Source: Massalongia carnosa (Eukaryota). Taken from it: a DNA stretch of 64,000 nt. Below the pieces are notes generated by a model. That model was not told the origin of the DNA. It saw nothing but the letters and a program-made list of their open reading frames with translations, and did not search any database. Each line of letters opens with the position of its first letter. The stretch's first letter is position 1. The position numbers and the translations under genes are program-made. The stretch lies in NCBI GenBank assembly GCA_965645245.1, contig OZ287080.1, positions 434,001 through 498,000 on the forward strand. Reading direction: 5' to 3'. Shown here piece by piece: positions 45,719 through 58,858 of this stretch.

Positions 45719-47483
45719 ATGCCTCAAAAACTTACTCTCGCCGTCTCCCAATCCCGGACTCTCTCCACCACCTCCGCGACCCTCGCTGCACTTACTCGTA
45801 CAAGCCATGAAGCTGCCCGCTCCGGCGCTCATCTCCTTCTATTCCCAGAAGCTTACCTTGGAGGATACCCCCGCACATGCACCTTCGGAAGCTCCATCGG
45901 CGCCCGTACCGATGAAGGCCGCGAACAATTTCTGTGTTACTTCCGTAGCGCCGTTGATCTCGGAGATACACCTGCGGGAGCTGGCGATGATTGGGTGGAG
46001 CGGAAGCTGCCGGTTGCGAAGGGGAAGAATTTCAGAGGAGATGGGACAAGAGAGTTGCTGGAGGGGGTGGCAAGGGATAGCGGAGTATTTCTAGTTGTGG
46101 GGTTAGTGGAGAAGGCCGGAGGGAGTTTATATTGTGGAGTGGTTTATGTTTGTCCAAGGGAAGGATGTTTGGGGAAGAGACGGAAGGTCATGCCGGTGAG
46201 TACTATGCTAGGTAGGAAATGAGTGAGACTGGACCTTAAAGTGAATGGTGGGAACCATAGTGCGGTTGCAGTTGAGGTTCTGTCATGAGTTGACGAGCCG
46301 TTTTGAGGCACTGATTCGGCGGTCTTCAATATAGACTGGCGGCGAACGATTAATCTGGGCGCAAGGCTCACCGTCGACCCTCCGAGCGGTTACGACAACC
46401 ATTAGAGGAGTCAACCTAACACTAGCATCAGCGATTTGCTGGGAGAACTACATGCCCCTGCTTCGGTTCTCGTTATACTCGCAGAATGTCAACCTCTACC
46501 TTGCGCCAACAGTGAGTCTTCAGCTTACTTCCAACTGCGGTTGTTTGCTCACCCTGCCTTGATAGGCTGACGCAAGAGAAACATGGGTGCCATTGATGCA
46601 AACCGTTGCGTGCGAGGGAAGGGCTTTTGTGTTGAGTGCTAACCAGTGCGTGAGGAGGAAGAACCTACCCGAGTGGATCATTATGGACGACTCCTTTGGC
46701 CGAGATGAACGGGAAGAAAATGATAAACCATCTAAAGCTTCAGAAAACCGGCTCAGAAGGTCGTCTACAGTGACGAAAACAGAAAACAATCATGAGATCG
46801 CTTGGCCAGCATGCGAGCCAACGAGCCTAGAGCCAAATTCTAATCCCGGGATTGCTATTCCGAGCATTGGCAACGACGACGACGACGACCCGTACACCGA
46901 CATCCCCACACCAACCCCTTCAAACCTGCTCCGACGACCTTCCATCGTCATGAAAACAGAAGATAACCATGAAATCACCTGGCCTTGTCCAGGAATACAA
47001 TCGCAAAAGAGCTCTAACCCACCAGTCAAGAGCCCCAGCATCAAAGCTTCTCCCTCTCTGCTGCGCCTTGGTACTATCCCCGTTGACGACGAGGACGAGA
47101 GCGCTCCCACTGCACCTGTTCTCCCTCAACTCACCAAACCGCCTCCAAACCACCTCATAGCCCTCCCTTCCACCCAACCAACCTCCAAGTCACCACCATC
47201 CACCCCTCCCAACTCTCAACCACCCCCCAACCCACCATCTACCCACCTCTCTCCCTCTGGCGAAGAATTCGTCTGCCGCGGCGGCTCCTGCATCGTTTCC
47301 CCCACCGGCGCCATCCTAGCGGGCCCGTTATGGGAGGTTGAGGATCCAGGCTTGCTGTTCGCGACTGTCGATTTCGCGGATTGTGAACGGGGAAGACTGG
47401 ATATGGATGTTGCGGGCAGCTATGGGAGGGGCGACTCGTTTGAGTTGAGGGTTCGGGGCTTGGATATTAGTCCGCCGCCTTGA
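45719..47483 (+). CDS. Nitrilase / carbon-nitrogen hydrolase family protein
   Basis: Catalytic triad motifs [24 protein letters not shown] and ICWENYMP, with C-terminal [13 protein letters not shown] and D.AGSY. Introns 46196-46334 and ~46512-46564. Confidence 0.92.
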
Positions 47484-47829
47484 CTCTACTGGGCCGTAAA
47501 GGGGGAAAAGTAAAGTTCCTGAAGCAGTGTGCAAAGAGGTCTCAAATATGCAACGGTACAAGATTGAATTCAGGCTAGGCTATACCAATCCCCGTTAACG
47601 AACACTACTACAAGCACTTTTAGATAAAACGTGTTGTCCAAAAAAGGCTCCTCGTTCCAACCCGGGGCAATGTTACAGCTACCTATGTCGATATTAAAAG
47701 TCATTTATTTACCTTGTACTCCTTTCTTTACCAACGCGCTGAACATTGTGCTCGTGGTCGGAATACAATTAGCGGAATGGGAACTGGCGGTGAGAGCGCG
47801 CGGTTTGGGGGAAGGGGTTGCTTGGTTGG

Positions 47830-49200
47830 TGAGGTAGTGGGGTGGGTTGGGGTGTTTTTGGTGGTGAAGTTCCTAAGAAAGATGATCGTTTTAGGAAGGA
47901 AGGGGGGGGGTAAAATATTTTAGAACCGCTGGAAAAAAACTTCTTCTTCTTCTTCTCTTCCATCTCTTCTCCCTTTTCCTATATCCATTCTATCCCCTTC
48001 CCTATTTTCCATTTTACTCCTTTTAACGCAATCCCCCCAAATAAACCCTCAAAAAAGAGCAAAGATTTACAAGAGAACAAAGGCAGGAACAAGACAAGAA
48101 GGGATTGTCCCTTTCGGGGGGTAAGTGAGAGAGAGAGAGATGGACCGGGGAAGGGGTCTAGGACGGGAATATTTAACTATTGGTGGTTATGTTTCGCTGT
48201 AGTTTTAGGTTTTGATTAGGGGATTTGCCCAAGGGGGAGGAAAGGGGGGGGGCGGGAATGGGGGAAAGAGGATGAGGGGAGAAAAAGGAAAAAGGAAATA
48301 GTTAGATGTAGTTTTCCGAACCTAGGAAGTACAATACAATAGGTATGTATGTATGTATGTATGTATGTACTTAGGTAGTTTATAACCAATCAATCTCTTT
48401 CCTATCAGTATTTCCACAGGACCACGAAACCGCCAGTTACATATACCTACCCAGACTTGCCCGCCAGAGCCAGGGTTAACATACCTGGGATTAGCTAGAG
48501 CTTGCGGCTAAAGTTCATACCTACATTCCTATCTACCCTGCCCCCCTTCCCCGTCCCTATCGTTTTGCATACATATCGACTCTATCCCCTACCCCTACCT
48601 CCCCACCAGAAAACCGAAAAAACCCCAATGAACCAACTAGCCAGCCAGCTAGTCATAGCGCGCTAGCTTGGCTTCACTTGGCTTTGCTTTGCTTTGGTAT
48701 TCGGGAGAAGGAGAGGAGGGGGGGTGGGTGGCTAGATAGGTAGGCTAGTAGGCAGCTATGGTGGTGAAAGGTCCCGAGAGGAGAAGAAGGGAAGGGAGGG
48801 GAATGAAAAGAAATCGGCTTCTAATGGGAAGAGTGGATTGAAGCAGCGGGCTTGCTTATTTTTTTTTTCGAGAAATACCCATGGAAGGGGGAAAGGCGAA
48901 TAGGAGAGAAAGATATACATAAGAGGGGAGAGATAGGCTAGGTGATTGCATCGCCAAGTTGCGGGTGGCGATGGAAGAAAGAAAGACGGGTGTTGTTGGG
49001 GAAAGAGTGCAGGAGACTGGGCGATTGGCGGATGTGATGTGGTCTTTCGTTTGGGTATATATTTGAGTTTGGCTCGGAAGTGAATGGAAGTTGTAGGCGT
49101 TCCTTTTGGTTCGCAGGAGGGAAGGGGAAACGATTATCCATAGATGGGTAGAAGAATGGTTCATCGAGGGAGAGCGAACGAAAAAAAAAGCGTAAAGATA
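47830..49200. repeat. Low-complexity intergenic tract ((GTAT)n, (GA)n, G/C runs)
   Basis: (GTAT)n at ~48343-48369, many homopolymer runs and no credible ORF. Confidence 0.7.
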
Positions 49201-49675
49201 TACATAGCAAAGACTATTTCAAACCCATTTGGAAGATCGAGCCTGAGGAAACGTCAGCCGACCTTTGGCCTCCTCTTCCTCCCCAGCTCTCGTTCGGAAA
49301 CGATGTCTCAATAAATAAATTACGCAGTCCACCACCTCAATTCGAACTGGACCACGTACTCAAAAATCCTCGAGATTGCTCTTGTCCCGTAAGGAAACTT
49401 GAACACTGGATGGTGCGGCAAGTTTACAAATCCAGCTCTAGATCTAGCGACGGGAGTAAAACGGAAGATCGAGCGAGGCCGAGGACTCTTTTTTGGGGGG
49501 TGTATGTAAGGGGGCGTTGAAGTGTTGGTGTGAAGAGGAAAATGGAGCCATAATGGTTAGGGAGAAATTGATTGGATCACTGTCTTTTTACATTACGTGA
49601 GGATACTCCGAGATGAAATTCTGCACAATTCCAAGCAGAGGAGACAGAGTTGAAGTACGGAATTGATTCAGTCAC

Positions 49676-52600
49676 TCAATAAGCCACCCTCGTCCGCATA
49701 TCCTATCATGGTTGTTAGCCTGTGGCCGTCCAAGGAAGGACTTAACATACGGATATTTTTCGTTCAATCTCCCGCACCGACCGATCCAGTTCCCCTGCAA
49801 TCATCGACTTTTTATCACTCGGCAGCATAGCGTACCGCTCACACACTAGCTATAGTTAGTAAAACCATTTCCCACCCAGTTGAAACTTGAAGAAAGAGGG
49901 TATCTCACAATCTCCGTCTATGACCCCTTTGACCGGTACATAATAGCTCCGATAAATTAGGTGATCCCTTCCCGCCAATGGCGCATCCTCACTCCTAAGA
50001 TGCTGCTCTAGCGTTTGAAAGAAATCCACATCCTCGCGACTGACAAACGGAATTAAGATCCCCAACGTCCCTTGCAACCCTGTCCAAACGAGAATGTCCC
50101 TGCCACCCGCCACCAATTGGGTTTTTTGGATACTCGTCGGTATGTCTTGTGGGAAGAAATGACACATGAGAGCCGCACGATTGGGGGCCCCCTGAAGATA
50201 TTGGCGTTCATGAAGTAGATGAGCCCCGGAGCCATCCTCATCTGCTTCCTCGGAAGCTTTCTGTGGGCATCGTAGTAACCATAAATTGCCAAACTTGTCG
50301 CCTCCTGCAACCGTCTCGTAATCCACCATTGTCGTGCAAGTGGTCCATCTGGCAATGACATCGTCGACGAAAGGTATGAGCTGATTCTCCTGATACTTAT
50401 ACACAACAAAAACTACGCTTTCCTGTACATCGCTCACGATGATGCGACTTCCCTGTGTTTGCAGACCCACAATTAGGTTCGGAACAACCTGTGCTTGGCA
50501 TTTGCGAAGCAGCTGTTTTAACCCAAGGTCAAAGATGCGTAATTCGCTGCCAATGCCAGCAAGGAGTCGTCCCTGAAAGCCTAGGAGTGCAAGAGGTGGT
50601 TCCTCGACCTTGGTCTTGTGTATGAACTCGAGTTCTTTGCCATCCTCGAGGAACCGATATACATAGATGAAGCCTGCGCTAAAGGACCGCGGGCTAACCA
50701 CCATATCTTTACCTGTACCTACGACTAGAAATGTCTCATCATCTTGGCTAGAGAATGAAACAGCCGCAATGCTAACAGCCGCCTCATTACCATCGAGATC
50801 GATTTGTTGGAGAACCTCTTTGGTTGTGATGGGATCCACAACGTGGATACATGAGGCCCAATGACCTGGTCCGCGCGGGTAGCCAAATTCTTCAGGAGGT
50901 AGGACAACCCCATCTCCGTTGACAATTGAAGAGTCATTCAGAAGACGCTCTCTACTTGATAGAGAAAGTGTATTGTTTTCAGATTCAATAGTGTAAAAGA
51001 GTGGCTGGTCAGGATGGCGAATGAATTTACGTGGGGTGTATGTCAGCGGTATTGACTGTTGAAGAAGGTTGTTGCCTAATTTCTCGATAGAAAATATACT
51101 ATTAGTTCATTAGTACATGTTGATACAATTCAATATGAGCGTAACGTGGGTAAACGTATATCTCAGAAGGAACAATTGGATTTTAAAACATTTACATCCT
51201 CATAGTCGAAAACGACATCAGAACGAGCATATTTAATCATCACAGATAAGGATGTTACAAGCGAGCGTTTGCTTACCGAAGGTTTTTGTTTTGAATTCCA
51301 ACCATCCCTTCCACGCACTGCTCGCTGCTAAAGTTCGAGCCCCATTCTAGACCAACATAATCTAACGGAGTGAGCATGAACCCTTTAGTCTGCGGATCAG
51401 AGTAGCCGAGCCAAGCTCGAGAACTCAAGGCAAGGACAGCTGGTTGCCCTTTGACTGATACTCGGAAAAGTTTAGCGGGCTTCGGACCAAGAAATCGAGT
51501 TCTTGTATCAGAAAGTTCTCCAGTAACCTCATCTAGCACTGTACGGAGATAAACTCCAGAATATAAGCCAATGTGAAGATATAATGTGGACCCGCCCGAA
51601 GTTGAATCAGCCATAGCCATTACCGCTAGCGCGCTGGGCGCCGACGTAAGCGCTTGTACAGATTTGTTCTCCAGGGTGGAATCTGGATCAAGGCTAAGAA
51701 TCCTAACGGTCGAGTCGTCGCACCCAACAGCAAGAAACTGACTTCGAGTACGGCCTTCTGGAACCTCGCCAAGGCTTAGACAGGTTACAGTGCCGCTCAT
51801 TTCTCGCTTTTCGTCGTATTCGGCCAGTGAGCCATCTGTGTCCATCTCAAAATATACTATTTCCCCAGAACTAAGGGCCACAGCAACCTGGCGTTCATTG
51901 GTGGTCGCTGCAACAATCGAGCGATGTTGTGGCGCTGGCCATTCATTTACCCTTCGATCAGCTCGAATGTGGCGGATACCTTTCGGATGCACTTGTATTA
52001 AAGCATCTTCACCCAGCTGCTGAACCGCCAGAGTTGCAGCGGATGATAAGAAACCAGTATCTGTAACTTCCTCCACCGTTTCACCGATACTTAATACTAG
52101 CGTGCCATCCGTAAATGAAAGAACAATGTACGCGTCGTACTCGTCCCCCCGAGAGATTTTGGTTGTCCAGACTGCTGAAGGAACGCTTGGTAACTCCGAG
52201 TCTACGATATCGTTAACCTCTAAGCCGTGTTTGAGCATGCGGAATGTGCTACGAGCACCAGTCCCGCAAATAGAGTAGATCTGAGGTGCATCTTCATCTG
52301 TAAGATTAGCAACTTTACAGTCGAGTTGAGGGTTCATAGAATCAATGCTATCCACCAAGTTGAGATTTTCCGCTCCCCGAGGATGAAAATAGATAGGCGC
52401 ATAGCTTTCGGTCGGATCTGCAGGAAATGAGTCACTGTCAAATTCCGTTTCATTGTCGTCATCTCCAAGCTTCTCAAATTGGTAGAACAAGTGGTTGCCC
52501 GTTTCGGCTGCAACAAAAAGAAAACCGCTCTTCAAAATGCACAAACTCGATGCGACTGGGACGGTGTCGAAATATTTAATCTTCAGCTTCTTGACTTCTC

Positions 52601-53742
52601 CAGTTGCTTGCCCTGAGTCATCTTCAACCATATCCAGCGTGACTTTGAACAGATCCCCATCTTCGCTTTGAAGTAGGAAGAAAAAGGCTTCCCGGATTTT
52701 ATGCATGAGACCGGCTACAATGTATCGCTTGCGCTCCGGGTTCTCGGTAGCCCCTCTACGACGTGGTATAGCAACACGGAAGGCGTCTTGGTTAGAATGC
52801 CTATATGTGATATTGTCTTGACCACAAACAAGAACTCCGCTAGGTCCGTCAGCACCTCCAGGCACTTGAAGCAACATTGTAGCCGTACGGTCCACAGGAT
52901 CACTCCACTTTCTGACAACATGATTGAGTCCAAGATCAAGCTCGTAATATACCAAAGACTTCTCGAGATCTTCATATGCTTGCCCAGTAGGGTCTTGATC
53001 GCATTCTGTGTAGTCTACTTCTAGAACCGCAAACACTGGGTTCTCGTAACCGACATCCAAACCGACGAGCGCAAAGACCAGGGTCTGAGGTTTATGCGCT
53101 TCGAGGGGAGAGGATATTGTCAACTCAGCCTGTGCATTCCGATTTAGAACGTAGACAAGCTTATTTTTCTCAACCGAAGCTATCAGGCATGCCCTACCCT
53201 TTGGATCCACAGCGAGGTATTGCCCAGGTATCACCCGCCGTATCCCTGATTTCCCAAAGGTCTCAAGGTGTAGGCGATTGAATCTGTTCTGCGAAGGAAC
53301 ATATTCAACGATAGTAATGCGCCCCGAGTCGGATCCTATAATGATGAAATCTAGAGAAATATCTCAGCGCAACTCTCTCATGTTTCCCTTGCTCAAAACA
53401 TCATCGCTTGACATGATTTTCGCTATAGGTCGAGGCTGGCCTCTCATACTTCAAGAATCACTAAACGTAATCTTCAAGGGTCAAACGAATGTACATACCT
53501 TTGTTGCTACCGGCTAACCTAAACGCCGCTAAAGTGCGGATGATTCCAAAAACATCTTGTGAGAGAATGGTACTAATTTTCCCTTGGGTTGGATCGGGTC
53601 GGTGAATGGTAAGGCGAGAGCCTGACGCTGTAACAATTTGCTGCTCTTTTGTGCCAGCAAACTGTCCGAGGATAGCTTGAGTAATAGAGGAGGGAGGTTG
53701 GATAGTCAACGAGTACATGAACATAGACGATGTGGTCGCCAT
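49676..53742 (-). CDS. RSE1: Pre-mRNA splicing factor Rse1 (SF3B3/SAP130)
   Basis: [13 protein letters not shown]...[49 protein letters not shown] and [23 protein letters not shown], ending [13 protein letters not shown]. Multiple introns. Confidence 0.96.
51159..51248 (-). ncRNA. Intronic box C/D snoRNA, snR41/SNORD62-like (18S Am541-equivalent guide)
   Basis: Box C GTGATGA (51243-51237), D' CTGA (51221-51218), internal hairpin GTCG-TTTT-CGAC, C' ATGAGGA (51203-51197), box D CTGA (51166-51163) and a terminal TATC/GATA stem. The 13-nt guide is antisense to the 18S rRNA sequence AGGAACAATTGGA. Confidence 0.85.
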
Positions 53743-54042
53743 GGTGTACCTCCTACCTACAGCCTACCCGTCACAGGCCTTTCATCAAGTATTAGAGTGA
53801 AGGAAGGGATTTCTTCTATCCTTCTAGGTCGGAAAAGAGATAGATAGTCGTCCACCTCTAGGATTGGGTTGGTAAAATATTATCTCGTAAGAAAACGGAA
53901 AGGTCAGATATGTTATTTAGACGCTACATAAACGCGCACGTGATACATACCCAGTGATTGGTGGAAAGAATAGGACTCGATGACGCTGTCGTTAAGTTAC
54001 AGGAAATATATACACAATCCTTCCTTCTCATTGCTAAACACA

Positions 54043-55678
54043 ATGCAGTCCGGGTTTGCCTGTCACAGATGTTTTATAAACTTAAGAAAAGCGCTCAATG
54101 GAACAACTTCAGTCCTTGCATACAGGTCACCTCTACAGCGGAGATGGTACATCAACACTACAAAACAGCAAAGCCCACAGCCTTCGCAGACCGCGCCTTT
54201 TCCAGAGGAAGACACGGAAAATCCAGTAGATTCAGTATTGCTCAAATACAAATTTGATAAAAAAAAGGATCGGCGAGTGCGCGAGGCGGTTTATCTCCCC
54301 TCTAACATGCTCTTCCATCCCTTCTCCGGCTCGCCTATCCCAGAGATAAGACGACGCGCTGCTTTTATGAAAACACACGCATACTGCCCCCATCCAAGTC
54401 ACCGTCCAACCAAACCCTCCTCTCTGATTAATCCCAACACGAAACCAGCCGTGGCTAAACCTGAGCTGCCTCCAGCGCATGTCCTGTTCGACTGTCCTGA
54501 CTGTGGGATTCCTATCGCCTGCACCGAAGAGCATTGGGCAGACGACTATGAAAACCACATGGAGATATGTGACACCTTGCGAGAAATCAACGAGGATGAT
54601 CACGATCTGCGGTCCGGACGAGCTTTCCCCGAATTTGAATATCCGGGTCCACAAATCGAGCAGGCAATGGTAAACATGACGAACTGGGACACTTATCTCT
54701 ACACGAGAGAATACAATGCCATAAACTCGGAACGCAGCATGCGGCAAGCGACACGTTTACTCACGTACCCCGTCACCATCGGTAGCGTGCTCCACGAGCT
54801 GAGTCCCTACCACATAAGAAAAGGAGGTCGCCTCACAATTGAGGGCCTTAAAAGCTTAAGTGGTAAGTCTTCCCCCTCCCCTCTTCTCTTCCCCCAATTC
54901 ACTCAATTCTTATCACACAATCCACTCACTTCTATCCCAGCACTACGATACACACTCCATCCTCCGCCCTCTGGCGCAGGGATGGACATCAAAGGCCTCC
55001 GCCCCAACCCGCCGCCAGTACGAATTTTTGTCCTAGGGGCGCGTGCGGAATCCTCGCTCCCGCGCGAAGTCTGGATCCAACTATCCTACCTCTTCCCACG
55101 CGCAACCTTCCACCTAATCCTAATCGGCCCCGAAAGCATGACGAACCGCGATTCAGAAATGCCGCTTCCCGACCGCTCCCCCCAAAACCCGTTCGCAGGG
55201 GTGGTCGAGGACCGCATCAGCCACCAGCTGAAAATCACCACGTTTGTGGAATACTACCACACACTGCATCAGGCTGAGCTGTTTCACCCGTTCGATCCGT
55301 ACTTTGACTGCTTCGTGCTGTTCCACCCGGGGCTGGGGCATCCGGCCAGCTCGCACGAGTGGGAGGAGACGGTGCCGCAGCTGCTGGAGACCAAAGTGCC
55401 GATTATATGCACGGGATATACGGAGTGGGATATGGATCGAGATCGAATGTGGGTGGAGGAAAAGATGAAGGGAGAGTACGATCTACTGATGGAGCCCGGG
55501 GAGAATAAATTCCGAAGTCTCCGATGGGACCTGAACGATTTAGACCCAACAGACATCAGCTGTGGGAATTGGGGGATATGGGCATTCCGTGGGAAGAGGT
55601 ATGTTTACACGTATGAAACATCTTGCTACAAGCCCATGACTAATACTGCACAGATACGAAGCAACAATGAAAGAATAG
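54043..55678 (+). CDS. MSS51: Mitochondrial Mss51 (COX1 translational activator / splicing suppressor)
   Basis: It has a presequence-like N-terminus, the zf-Mss51 motif CP...CPDCGIP..C.EEHW.DD...C, LLTYP.TIGSVLH, GARAES.LP and FHPGLGH. Introns 54863-54940 and 55599-55653 give the ending GKRYEATMKE*. An alternative ATG lies at 53980. Confidence 0.93.
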
Positions 55679-55753
55679 CAATATACCATAGCTCCTCTAT
55701 CCGCTACTCCCTAGACCATCTGTTCCCATCCACCTCCCCTCTAAACGCCATCT

Positions 55754-56723
55754 TCACAAATCCTTCTTCGGCGCATCCCCCTCCTCGCCCCCACTCCCGT
55801 ATTTTCGAACCTCTTCCTTCCCCGCCCCTTTATCCCCCTCGAACGCCCTCACCTCGTCGCTATCCATGTGCTTCATCACATTGTCCGCCTGCCATTTCTT
55901 GAAGCTGAACCCGACGCCTTCGTGCGAGTAGTCCTTGTCATTCGCCTGGTCCTTGTGATACTTGACCTGGATGAAGTTGGAGTCGATCGTGTCCGGCGCG
56001 AGGGAGAGGGAGACGAGACCGTTGATGGTGGCGGTTTTGGGAATGAGCTTGAAGGTCCAGGCCTGGATGTTATTTTGAGTCAGTGCTACTCCGCGAATTT
56101 CACAATACCTTCCAATTTCCACATTTGGTTTCTTGCATAGATGCTCCTCTTTCCTCGGGGCAGGCCCTCCGTAATTTTCATTCTCCCTCTTTCAGCGCGC
56201 AACCCCCACCCCCCCAAAACTCTCCTTAACATACCTGCTCATTCCGAAACTGAATCAACCCTGGCTCATCCAACACCACCTGATAGCCCAAATTCCTGCT
56301 CTCCTTGAACAGCTTCGGCAGCGCAAACCACTGCCCGGCCATCTTGTACCGGTCATTGGCGTACACGAACTGGTCGTCGTACACGCAATCCGGGGTATAC
56401 CGCCGCACGCGCTCGATGGTCGGGTGGCAGCTATACAGCGCGATGATGTCGTCCAGCAGCGCCTGGCGGGCCGGGGACAGAGGCAGGGATTTGGCCGGGT
56501 CTGGGTGGTAGTCTTCCGACGGGGCGGTTTGGCGCGGCTCGTAGTGTTCGCCGGGGGCGGTGGCAGGGAGGGAGCCGCTAGGGAGGGAGGACATGGTTTT
56601 GCGCGTGGGGAGGTAGTGGGTTGGGGGGAGGAGACTCCTGCGGGTGGGGAAAAGAGGGAGAGGACTGTGAGGGAGGAGGAATCTAGATCTTGGGAGGGGG
56701 AGGAACCGAGAGAGGGGGGGCAT
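55754..56723 (-). CDS. Conserved fungal NTF2/SnoaL-like protein
   Basis: Two exons (LLDDIIALY...YTPDCVYDDQF...GQWFALPKLF | AWTFKLIP...YHKDQ) joined by a GT-AG intron. The fold call is from motif resemblance only. Confidence 0.7.
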
Positions 56724-58858
56724 GCGCTGGGGGGTGGTTTGGGAAAAGAAGAAAGGGGGGATTTTGCGTGGTTGAAAGCGGTGGTGTCTTTTGCGGATTT
56801 AGGAAAAGGAAGAGGGGATAGAGAAGAGATGATAGTGAAACTTAGAATAAATTGAAATGTATAGGAATAATGAAGATTTCGAGTCAACTTTTCGCAGAGT
56901 ATCTAGGTAGGTATCTGAGTATTAAATCCATACATATCTAAACGTCATCATCCCGCGCCAGAATGCGCAAATACTGACGTAGTGGACTCTCTCCTTCCCT
57001 CTCTCTCCGTCGGACTTTGTGGATCCCCACATTCCGAGTTCGTTAATTGCGCGCAAGAATCCATCCATCCATCTATGATGAACTCATGAACGCCTCGCTC
57101 CTCGCTGCTCGCGCGTTGACGGGATGGTTCTGGTGATGGTGGTTGGGGGAGCGGGGCGTTCGTTCGGGTTGCAAGGGGGGGTTAGGGTGGAGGCATGGTT
57201 TTTTGGGGATTACGCAGAGATAGGTTATTTATGGGGGGAAGCTTTTCAGTGTTTAATACTTATTGGTCGAGAACAAGGGCTTCGGTTATGGTTTAATGAG
57301 TCGTGCTATTTAGAGGTAATATGCGAGATCATCCTGATTCTGGGATTTCATTGGCTGTGAATTTGTACTACTGTTTGTACGTTTTCTTCGCTCATCACCC
57401 CCCCTTTTTCATTAAATGTATGGAATCAATCGAGATAGATCATGTTGTAGCTTAATTCCATCTTCTTGGTCGATTCAATCATAGCAGAGCACGACTAAAA
57501 GAAGTCTTTTGGGCAGATCTGCCGATATCACTTAATTCTCAACGAGTTATTCCGTCGGCGAAAGAACTCAAAATGAAAAACGTCTCCAACTCTTTTCCTA
57601 ATTCTTTCTCACCATACGAGAGCTGATATCCACGTATCTGGCTGTTCACCTAGTAGTGCATCAAGCTGTTTGTTCCTTTGCCCTCAATATTAAAAAGGTA
57701 TGGAGAATACCTTGTTGATAGACTAGAAAAGCCGGGGAAAGCAGAGTAGCAAGACAGAGAAGAGACTAGTGAACACTGGAAGAGGCACCTGCTACCTGCT
57801 GAAGCGCCGCCAGATAACTAGCATCCGGTCTTTATAGGCCCCCTGGAGCGCGGCCGTGTAAAGTTAGTCAGATAAACTCAATGACGTGATTTCTTTAGCC
57901 GGCACTTGAGTTAGCTAGAATTAAAGGCTCGAAAGAAAACTCGCATTTAAAGTATATATTGTCGCTTGTACTGGTACTGAGGAATGTGTTCCGCTGACGT
58001 TAGATTATCGCGATCATATGATATCTTCAGTATATTCTTCTGGATTAGACGTTGTGGTCAAGAACATATGCCTTGGTTGTGTGATTGTAGTGTCGTTTGG
58101 ATCTCACGAGCATTCCCCACGCCAAATCGCCCATTCAATACCTATTGGTCCTCATTTCAATTACCTTTTGAGTTTCATAACATTCTCAAAGAAATACATA
58201 GGCACCTACATTGCTTAGCATCTAATCTTCACTGGATAACAGATCCAATTGATAGGCACGCTGCTACTTGGGAACACCACCTACCTTGGTAGCTTCCAGT
58301 CATTTTACCTCCTTAGCCCTCAATCGAGAACCTTTCGTAACTAAACGCCTCTATCAAGCTAGCTTTTCTACATAGCAAACAATTTCATCCTACACTTTTT
58401 TTTTTGATGCACTGAGTTAGATCAGCGTTCGCTTTCTTGTTGATTTTCCGCTGGAGGTTACTTCGCTATTGCCACGTCGTTTCGGGCGATATATGTTTTT
58501 TAAGGTGATTCAGACTGGATCATGCCTCCTTCACCATTCTATTCACCTCGATAGGAGTTGAGCTCTTTTGCAGGCAGTCGCCTGCCAACAGCCCACAATC
58601 AAAGTGATTGTGGGTCGTCTGTGAACTTATGAGAAGGCTAGCCAGTGATGCCCAACGCTAAGAATGTAGTATGCTCTGGGTAAGCTCTTGATGCGGATCG
58701 CTTGGGGTCTATCATTTGCAGAGCTAGCTGTAGCTTGGATATTGATCTACCCAAGCATGATGCTTTGCAGACGGAACGCATTGGTGTAATCCAAGATTAA
58801 AACTTAAAAAGCGACAGACCGGTAGCACAATCATACAAGCAAAGCAGACGCTTTACTT

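Noticed and set aside
53351..53499. Second snoRNA in RSE1 intron 1
   Set aside because: No canonical box C paired with a box D and terminal stem; the CTGA present is the likely branch site.
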